Shown here piece after piece: positions 1-7,486 of a stretch of 16,155 nt of DNA. The stretch spans positions 64,001 through 80,155 of IMG/VR virus record IMGVR_UViG_3300042914_003231; one strand, written 5' to 3'. The position numbers and the translations under genes were made by a program. Below the pieces are notes generated by a model. It had not been told where the DNA came from, did not search any database, and worked only from the letters and a program-made list of their open reading frames with translations. Position 1 is the stretch's first letter. The number at the start of each line of letters is the position of its first letter. The stretch is from a virus (lineage: Duplodnaviria > Heunggongvirae > Uroviricota > Caudoviricetes).

Positions 1-6
1 GGAAAG

Positions 7-1722
7 ATGTTTGTTAAAGATGGTCAAGTATTTCCTAACTACATGCAACAAGAAGGTGGTGCTTATGATCCAGGTAATGCTGGAACCTATCCTGTCCTTG
101 ATTTTGGTGGACTAAAATCTATCATAGATGCTACAGCTAAGAATATGAAGAAATCTTATGGTGGAGATCTTACTGAGCAAGGTGGTAATCAAGATTTCAA
201 GAAACAATACCGTGCTACTTTTGATAACTACATTAAGCAGAATACTTACAATGCTATGATTGATCAAGAGCACCAGGCTATGCTGAATGAGTTTCAAAAC
301 ATGCCTTATGCTCAAGCTGGAAAACAAGTTGGAAATTTAGGATACAAAGTTCCGGTAAACACACAGAGAGAAGCTTTAGAAAAGCAATTAGCTGAAAAAC
401 AAAATCAGCAACAAACTTTATTTGGTAGTCTTGCTGATATGTATGCTCCTTCTGTTAATAGAAAACAGATGAGTGTGTTTGGAAGTCTTTTCCCAGCAAA
501 CTTTACAAGAGGATATGAATTTAGTAATGCTGATTATGCTCGCTTAAAAAAGATGGGTGATCAAGGTCAAATTACAGGCATTACAGAAAACTACGGACCT
601 TTAGCTCGAATGCTGGGTAAAACTGGTAGAAGAATGTTTGGCCCTAAGTCTGTTACTATCGGGATGATGGGTCCGGGATCCACTTCCGATCAACAGCAGT
701 CTATTCAAAATGTAGGTGCAGGTGCCTATGATAATCCTTTAGAAGGAATGGATCAAGGACAATTGTTCAAAGATTACAATAAAGGAGTTACTCCTGTGGG
801 AAAACAACGCGCTGATTTCATGTCTTCTAAATTAAAAAACCCTATGGGTCCACAAATAGATCCTTGGACTGAAATGATGAATGCTGCACCAGAAGTTACT
901 CCTCCAGCAGTAAATGCTGAGCCAGATCGTTCCAATATGCAATTTGTAGCAGGTCAATGGATACAAAAAGCTTTTGGTGGAGCCTATCAACAAGGTGGTA
1001 ATCCTATATCTTATTCAGAGGTGAATCTTAATAGAAAATATTCAGGTCAAGAAGATCTTTGGAAATATGCTCCAGGAGCATTCAATTTTTTAGCTCAAGG
1101 TATTGAGTCTAGACATGATACTCCTGAAATGAAAGCAGCTCAGCTGGCTTTAATGACTCCAGGATCTGATATGGGACCTTTCCAATCTGTACCTGCAACT
1201 GGTAGAAGAATGGGAGACTATGATACTAACTCAGGAATGTTCAGACCTAACCAAATGATACCTATACAATTTCCAGGCTATGCTCAGTGGGGTGGATTTA
1301 ATACAATGCAAAGTGGCGGCAGTAAATCTAAGACTGAAATTGATCAATTAAAGAATAGATTTAATGTATTGGATAAAGCTTTATATGGTAATAATAAGCA
1401 ATATATTAAACAATTAGCTGGATCTAAGAATCAAGCAAAAAGAGAAGCAGATTCTATACAGCAAGTATTAAGTGATTATTATGAAAATAGAAATCCAACA
1501 GTTCCTGAAGGCTCTACTTGGGATCAATTTAAACAAGGATTTTCACAAGGTATTGATATGTGGATGCCTAATCAAAATACTTGGGATCAATTTAAACAAG
1601 GATTTACTTCTGCATATAAACAAGAAGGTGGAGTTTATGAGGAAGGAGAAGAAATAGATCTTTCACCAGAAAAAATAGCTGAGTTAAGAGCTCAGGGTTA
1701 TGAAATAGAAGAACTAGATTAA
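7..1722 (+). CDS. Putative virion cargo (internal/ejected) protein, Gln/Gly/Met-rich, with five QxGG motifs and a C-terminal DLSPE-x4-LRAQGYE tag
   Basis: 571-aa ORF ending TAA at 1720-1722, with no Cys and low-complexity composition. The frame is open back to position 1 (gga aag atg), so the true start may lie upstream of the window. Confidence 0.7.
   Translation: MFVKDGQVFPNYMQQEGGAYDPGNAGTYPVLDFGGLKSIIDATAKNMKKSYGGDLTEQGGNQDFKKQYRATFDNYIKQNTYNAMIDQEHQAMLNEFQNMPYAQAGKQVGNLGYKVPVNTQREALEKQLAEKQNQQQTLFGSLADMYAPSVNRKQMSVFGSLFPANFTRGYEFSNADYARLKKMGDQGQITGITENYGPLARMLGKTGRRMFGPKSVTIGMMGPGSTSDQQQSIQNVGAGAYDNPLEGMDQGQLFKDYNKGVTPVGKQRADFMSSKLKNPMGPQIDPWTEMMNAAPEVTPPAVNAEPDRSNMQFVAGQWIQKAFGGAYQQGGNPISYSEVNLNRKYSGQEDLWKYAPGAFNFLAQGIESRHDTPEMKAAQLALMTPGSDMGPFQSVPATGRRMGDYDTNSGMFRPNQMIPIQFPGYAQWGGFNTMQSGGSKSKTEIDQLKNRFNVLDKALYGNNKQYIKQLAGSKNQAKREADSIQQVLSDYYENRNPTVPEGSTWDQFKQGFSQGIDMWMPNQNTWDQFKQGFTSAYKQEGGVYEEGEEIDLSPEKIAELRAQGYEIEELD
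1515..1605 (+). repeat. Exact 28-bp direct repeat (TACTTGGGATCAATTTAAACAAGGATTT) at 1515-1542 and 1578-1605, period 63 bp, encoding TWDQFKQGF twice
   Basis: Read directly from the sequence; in-frame duplication with 21-codon spacing inside ORF1. Confidence 0.95.
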
Positions 1723-1724
1723 CA

Positions 1725-4628
1725 ATGGCAAGAGCAAGAATAGTAAAACTTCCAAAGGCCTTATCAGGACTAGAAGTAAAAATGGCACCGGGATTGTATG
1801 GTACTAATGGTAACCGTCAGTTCTCTCTACCTACTCAGATAGATAGTCAAAAGTATTCTGAACCGGATACTGAAGTGAGAAACACTCTTAAACCGGTTCC
1901 TAGAGAAATGGCTAACCTTGAAGCAGAAAAGGGTGAGACAGCTGTTGTAAATATTGATGGCTTCCCAGCTCATTTTAATATTGGAGGTAAGAGACACTCA
2001 GAAGGTGGTACTCCTTTAAACTTACCTGATAACTCTTTTATTTTTTCTGATACTGCTAAGATGAAGATCAAGGATCCTGAGATCCTTAAACAGTTTGGTA
2101 TGGCTATGAAATCTGGAGGATTCACTCCTGCAGATATTGCTAAGAAGTACCAGATCAATAACTATCGCAAGATGCTTGCTGATCCGGAGACTGATGATCT
2201 ACAAAGAAAGACCGCGGAAATGATGATTGCCAACTACAATGAAAAGTTGGCTAAGCTTGCTTTAGCTCAAGAGTCAAAGAAAGGATTCCCACAAGGTATT
2301 CCAGCTATTGCAATTCCTTACATTGATGCTCACAATATTGATACAAGTCAATATGCCCCTACTCAAGCACAACAAGAAGATCCTAATGCTAACATGGGTG
2401 TTGCACGTTATGGTGCAAATGTTATTGCCGGCTGGAACAAAATGCAAGTTGGTGGACCTATAGGTGATCAAACATGGGCACAAGATGCTACAATCGGATC
2501 TAGTTATAACTTATATCTGGAAGCTTTAGCATCTAAGGATCCAAAAAAAATGCGTGATATAGGTAAAAAAATCTCTGATAGAGATATTGAAGGTTTTGGA
2601 TGGTGGCCAGGTTCTAGACAAGGTAAACTTCATGACCTGGGTTATGATCTTATGAGACAAGCTACTCTTACAGAAAGAGCTCAGGCTCCTAAAGAACTTA
2701 CAGAAGAAGAGTTAGATATAAATACTCGAAATAAAGCTGCTGAACTATTTACTAAGCTATACAATCTGAAAAGAAAAGCTACTGAGGCTAAAGACTTCGA
2801 TGCTGCTTATAACTATGATGTTGAGCTTGAAAACTTACATAAGCTTCACCCTGATTACAAAGCTGCAGGTTTCATGAGAAAGAAACAATCTGCAAAACAA
2901 GAGATAAACAGTAAAGACTTTTATTCTCCTGCTCAACCTGCTATCTATTATACAGAAACTGAAACTAATAAAGTAAATGATCTGTATGACAAATATCTTA
3001 AACCTAAAGAAGTTGCTAAAGCTCCAACTACTTCTGCAAAACCGCAAGAGAAAAAAGTAGAAGCTAAGCCTCTTCCAGCTACAACTCCTACATTAAATAC
3101 TTCTCCTAACAGTGTTCTTGTAAAACCGGTTAAAACTAAAAAAGATACTACTATTTCTAAAGAAGCTCTTGATGCATTAGCTCAAACCGATCCGGATGCA
3201 TATGATAAGTTGATGAAAGATTTTAAAGTAAAAGAATATCAAGGTGGTGGATCTACAGCAACAGCCGTAAGAAAAATGGAGCCTGGTAAAATTAAACCAG
3301 AATACTCTATGGAAGAAGCATATGGTCCTAAGGGTGTTGCTAGACAGAATGAGTTCAGACGACATATGGGACTTCCAGAGTTACCATCTAATGCTACTAA
3401 AGCTCAAATACAAGCCGGAGCAGGAGAACTTCAGAAATATGCTATTGAAAACTATCCTGAACTGGTTAGTGATTATATGACTGAAAAAAATCCTAAGCCT
3501 AATAAAAAGCTTGAGGATGTGTTACGATCAAAAGGTTATAAGCCAACCAATGCTGAATTAAAAAAAGCTATGGCTGAAGGTAATATTTCACCAGAAGATA
3601 TCCGTAGTGCTTACAAAGATGATCAGTGGTGGTTCCGTGCTATCAAGGCTGATAGAAAGAAAGTATCTCCTGAAGAATATGAGAAGTTAATGAAAAGACC
3701 GGGATCTATCAAACAAGGGGAAAACATGTACTACAGTGAAGATCCGTCTAAGCCTTGGGAATACACTACTTACTACACAGATAAACCAGCTCCTAAAGTT
3801 GAGCTTAAACCTGAAGTAAAGCAAGAAGTAGAGCCTGCAAAACAAGAGGTAAAAAGAAATCCTATTGTGAAGGGTAATCCTCCTACTTATGCTCCTTGGT
3901 GGTTACAAGATATTATTGGTACCGCTGGTGCTTTTGGTGACTTATCGCGTGTTAAGAAATATCAACCATGGCAAGCTACTCCTCAAGCATTTTTACCACA
4001 GGCTACTTTTTATGATCCAACGCGTGAGTTAGCAGCTAATGCTGAGCAAGCTAATATTGCTAGTCAATTCCATCAAGCTTTCACTGGTCCTAAGACCGGT
4101 CAAATGGCAGGAGTTCAAGGTCAAGCTATGAAGAATGCTGCAGATATCATGGGTAAATACAACAACCTAAATGTTGGAGTAGCTAATCAGTTAGAACAAG
4201 AAAGAGCTCAAATCATGAATGCTGCTTCCCAGAACCGTGCTAACTTAAGTACACAGCTTTGGGATAAATACAATATCGCCAACCAACAGTTTGACAATGC
4301 TAAAAATCAGGCTCGCGAGCAGTTAAGAAAGCATGTGATCAGTGCCGTAACCAACCGAGCCAAAACTCAAGCCCTAAACACTCTTTACCCTAACTATTAC
4401 ACAGATCCTTCTCTAGGAGGCTTTTTAAACTTTGCTCCAGGATATGATCCAAAACCTGTTGGAAAAGGAGAAGACTATATCGATAAGGTATGGAACAAGG
4501 CTAAGATAATGGACCCGAATGATCCTGCCGGTATGTTTAAAACTATTTACTCTAAAAAGGGAGACTCTGAGGATGATGTGAATCCTGAGTTGAAACAGTA
4601 TTTGAGAGCACAAGGCTATCAGGAGTAA
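1725..4628 (+). CDS. Putative virion cargo protein: conserved N-terminal EAEKGE...HSEGG...FIFSD module, variable middle with Pro/Lys/Thr linkers, Gln/Asn/Ala-rich helical C-terminal region, C-terminal DVNPE-x4-LRAQGYQ tag
   Basis: 967-aa ORF starting 2 nt after the ORF1 stop, ending TAA, with no Cys. The function is inferred from context and motif recall. Confidence 0.7.
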   Translation: MARARIVKLPKALSGLEVKMAPGLYGTNGNRQFSLPTQIDSQKYSEPDTEVRNTLKPVPREMANLEAEKGETAVVNIDGFPAHFNIGGKRHSEGGTPLNLPDNSFIFSDTAKMKIKDPEILKQFGMAMKSGGFTPADIAKKYQINNYRKMLADPETDDLQRKTAEMMIANYNEKLAKLALAQESKKGFPQGIPAIAIPYIDAHNIDTSQYAPTQAQQEDPNANMGVARYGANVIAGWNKMQVGGPIGDQTWAQDATIGSSYNLYLEALASKDPKKMRDIGKKISDRDIEGFGWWPGSRQGKLHDLGYDLMRQATLTERAQAPKELTEEELDINTRNKAAELFTKLYNLKRKATEAKDFDAAYNYDVELENLHKLHPDYKAAGFMRKKQSAKQEINSKDFYSPAQPAIYYTETETNKVNDLYDKYLKPKEVAKAPTTSAKPQEKKVEAKPLPATTPTLNTSPNSVLVKPVKTKKDTTISKEALDALAQTDPDAYDKLMKDFKVKEYQGGGSTATAVRKMEPGKIKPEYSMEEAYGPKGVARQNEFRRHMGLPELPSNATKAQIQAGAGELQKYAIENYPELVSDYMTEKNPKPNKKLEDVLRSKGYKPTNAELKKAMAEGNISPEDIRSAYKDDQWWFRAIKADRKKVSPEEYEKLMKRPGSIKQGENMYYSEDPSKPWEYTTYYTDKPAPKVELKPEVKQEVEPAKQEVKRNPIVKGNPPTYAPWWLQDIIGTAGAFGDLSRVKKYQPWQATPQAFLPQATFYDPTRELAANAEQANIASQFHQAFTGPKTGQMAGVQGQAMKNAADIMGKYNNLNVGVANQLEQERAQIMNAASQNRANLSTQLWDKYNIANQQFDNAKNQAREQLRKHVISAVTNRAKTQALNTLYPNYYTDPSLGGFLNFAPGYDPKPVGKGEDYIDKVWNKAKIMDPNDPAGMFKTIYSKKGDSEDDVNPELKQYLRAQGYQE

Positions 4629-4689
4629 ACTTTAAATGTGTATTAAACTTTTAATATTTTATAGTATTTTTAAAGCATAAAACTTTACC
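4629..4689 (+). promoter_or_regulatory. Only substantial intergenic region; AT-rich candidate promoter/operator
   Basis: 61 nt containing the palindrome TATTAAA-CT-TTTAATA (4641-4656), three AAACTTT copies (4627, 4645, 4680), and TATTTTTA (4665-4672), a near match to the Bacteroidota -7 element TAnnTTTG. No clear -33 TTTG. Confidence 0.35.
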
Positions 4690-7485
4690 ATGGCAACATA
4701 CATTCCAGGGATGACTGACTATATACCTCAAGTTCAACCCTTTCAACCTGATCTTAACTTCTATGCTAATGTCATGCAGACAAAGCAAGGAAGATTTGAT
4801 AGTGCTAAAAGAAAGATCAATGAACTGTATGGTACATTGTTGAATTCCCCTATGAGTAGGGACAGCAATATCAAAAGAAGAGAAGAGTTTTTTAAGATAA
4901 TCGATCAAGATATAAAAAAGATCTCAGGCCTAGATTTGTCATTAGAACAAAATGTGGATCAAGCCATGAATGTGTTCTCTGGATTTTATGATGACAAGTA
5001 TATGGTTTCTGATATGGTTAAGACAAAGAACTATTTTAATGAGTTAGAGAAAGCTCAGAACTATAGAAACTGTAATAACCCAGAAAAATGTAATGGTCAG
5101 TACTGGGATGCTGGAGTACAAAAACTCCAGTATAAAATGGATGAATTTAAGAAGGTATCTGATAATGAATCTTTGAATTTTCAGATAGGTAGTTTTGATC
5201 CTTACTTTGACTGGAAGAAAGATGCCGCTAAGAAAGCTAAAGAACAGGGTTATGATGTAAAACAAGATACAGTATCTGGAAGATGGATTGTAAGAGATTC
5301 AAATGGAAAACTGGTTCAAGGAGGACTTGAAAACTTTTTTACATCTCTTTATGGAGATGACCCTCGAGTAAAAGCTAACTATGAAACGCAGGCTTATGTA
5401 ACAAGAAAAAATTATGCAGCTAGCAATGCTGCTCAATTTGGTTCTGAAGAAGAAGCTGAAAAGCAGTATATAACAAATCACTTTAACAAAGGCTTAGAAG
5501 AGTATCATAATACTCTTAATGCTGTTATTGATGGATACAATCAAGTAAGTAATACACTTACTAAGTTGGAAAGAAAAAAGAATGGTCCGGGCCTTACTCC
5601 ACAAGAAAAAGAAGCTTATACTTTAGCTACTCAGCAAAAACAGTATTTAGAAAAATCTAAAAGTACTGTTCAAGGAAGAATAGATGAGATTCAGAATAAC
5701 ATAAACACTGAAGACTTAAATAGCCTTAGAAGAAGAGTGGATCTTAGTGTAGCAGGAGCTTATGAAAAATCTGATATTGTAGGATTAGCTGAGTCTCTAG
5801 CTAATTTGAAAAAAGAACATACTCTTGAAGTTAATCCTTATGCTAAAATGTATGAAGAGTTTGGTCTTCAAAAGAAGTTAGCTGATCATAATGCTCTGCT
5901 TGATGTATGGAAAATGAAGCATGAGTTTGGGTATAAGGTAAAGCTTGAAGAATTAAAGAATGCTAAAAAAACAGGACAGCTTCCTGGAGCAATCCCTGGT
6001 ACAGAAGGCTATGAAATAAAAGGAGCTCCTTGGTCTAATGTTAAGGAGAACTTAGATGAAAACCCTTCTTTGATCTATGATCGAAACATACAAGAGAGAA
6101 ATGCTAAAATGGAATCTGCTTCTGCTTTAAGTAGTGGGGCTCTTTTACAATTAGTACAAGCTGCTCAAAATGCTTACAAAGCAAATCCTAATGAAAACAG
6201 TGGGGCTGCTTCTTTCTTATCTCAGTTTGGAAAAAATGCTGGTAATATAAAGACTATAGCTGAGTTGCAACAAGCAATAAAAGAAAATAAGCAAACTCCT
6301 ATTAGTCTGTTTAATGGTCTTGTATCTCAAGCTAGCATGAAACAGAATCCTACAGGTGATTATGATTGGGCCCGCGGAATACTTAACCAAAAAGGTGGTA
6401 TGATAGATCAAGTAAGATTTGCTAATGAAGCTTTTCATGCTACTCTTAATGATCAGTTAAACACTAACAAGAGAATTGCAAAAACTATAGAAGGTACTTT
6501 AAGTACTGAGAATCAGGTAGCAAGACATGCTGGATTACTTGTATCAAACTCCGGCTTTTTAGAAAGTGAAGATACTTTTGTTAAGAAATACATTAAAGCA
6601 AATGCTGATAGAAATATCATGGCATCACCTTCAAAAGCAAAGGAAGCTTATCAAGCTCTTACCAAGCAGTTCTTTTCTACTTATAATTCAGCTGCTGAAA
6701 CTAGTTTAAGACAAGGTGAAGGTTTAGCCGGATCAGGAATGATATCTGCTACACCTATCCAATTCACAGGATTAGATCTTTTGGATAAAGGAACTAATAA
6801 GGTTGTAACAGATATCATCTCTACAACAAATCAAGCATTAAATACTCAAGGTACTACAACAGTTGTGATTGGAGACCCGTCTAAAGAAAGCTTAAAGCAA
6901 GAGAGTAATACTGCTGTCGGAGACTTTTTAACTTGGTATCTTAACCAAGCAGACCTTACTGATAAAAGTAAAAATAGATCTTTCTCTGCTGTTGTAAGTA
7001 ATATTGCAGGAGAAGATCCTACTAAAGCAGCTATCACATTTAAAGGTATTGATCCTGATGTGATCAAACAATATACTGGTTCTGAAAAAGACCCTAAGGT
7101 TTTCTTTGGGCAAGACTTATCAAAAGGGATCACTGTATTCTTTGATAAGACTCAGCAAATAAATCCTTTTGAAAAACCCATGAGTGACCAAGAAACCATT
7201 TTAAGATTAAATGGTCATACTAAGTCAACCGGTTTTGAAGATCTGGCTGGTACAGTAGATTGGAGCTATGATAAAAATACAAATAGAGTTAGAGCTGTAC
7301 ATCATCCTGCTTATTTTGATAAAGGTAAGTGGGTACCTGCAGGAACCCCTCAGGTTCTTGTTGATAAAGATATGGCCAATCTAGATGAGTCTGTTAAGTA
7401 TGTAAACCAAACTTTAGAAAATCTGGCTAAAGTAAATATGCAAATAGGTGCTAACATTGCTAATGCAACAAGAGGACAACAATAA
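4690..7485 (+). CDS. Putative virion internal/ejection protein, largely helical
   Basis: 931-aa ORF (MATYIPGMTDYIPQVQPFQPDLNFY...) ending TAA. Its only two Cys form C-x5-C at 5071-5091. No catalytic motif recognised. Confidence 0.65.
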   Translation: MATYIPGMTDYIPQVQPFQPDLNFYANVMQTKQGRFDSAKRKINELYGTLLNSPMSRDSNIKRREEFFKIIDQDIKKISGLDLSLEQNVDQAMNVFSGFYDDKYMVSDMVKTKNYFNELEKAQNYRNCNNPEKCNGQYWDAGVQKLQYKMDEFKKVSDNESLNFQIGSFDPYFDWKKDAAKKAKEQGYDVKQDTVSGRWIVRDSNGKLVQGGLENFFTSLYGDDPRVKANYETQAYVTRKNYAASNAAQFGSEEEAEKQYITNHFNKGLEEYHNTLNAVIDGYNQVSNTLTKLERKKNGPGLTPQEKEAYTLATQQKQYLEKSKSTVQGRIDEIQNNINTEDLNSLRRRVDLSVAGAYEKSDIVGLAESLANLKKEHTLEVNPYAKMYEEFGLQKKLADHNALLDVWKMKHEFGYKVKLEELKNAKKTGQLPGAIPGTEGYEIKGAPWSNVKENLDENPSLIYDRNIQERNAKMESASALSSGALLQLVQAAQNAYKANPNENSGAASFLSQFGKNAGNIKTIAELQQAIKENKQTPISLFNGLVSQASMKQNPTGDYDWARGILNQKGGMIDQVRFANEAFHATLNDQLNTNKRIAKTIEGTLSTENQVARHAGLLVSNSGFLESEDTFVKKYIKANADRNIMASPSKAKEAYQALTKQFFSTYNSAAETSLRQGEGLAGSGMISATPIQFTGLDLLDKGTNKVVTDIISTTNQALNTQGTTTVVIGDPSKESLKQESNTAVGDFLTWYLNQADLTDKSKNRSFSAVVSNIAGEDPTKAAITFKGIDPDVIKQYTGSEKDPKVFFGQDLSKGITVFFDKTQQINPFEKPMSDQETILRLNGHTKSTGFEDLAGTVDWSYDKNTNRVRAVHHPAYFDKGKWVPAGTPQVLVDKDMANLDESVKYVNQTLENLAKVNMQIGANIANATRGQQ

Positions 7486-7486
7486 C

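Noticed and set aside
1515-1605. 28-bp repeat with a 35-nt intervening sequence as a minimal CRISPR array
   Set aside because: Only two copies, in frame within a coding sequence, non-palindromic, and no cas genes or leader.
7448-7486. GTG start at 7448 for ORF4
   Set aside because: It overlaps the ORF3 3' end and adds an implausible leader; ATG 7487 matches the junction pattern of the other genes.
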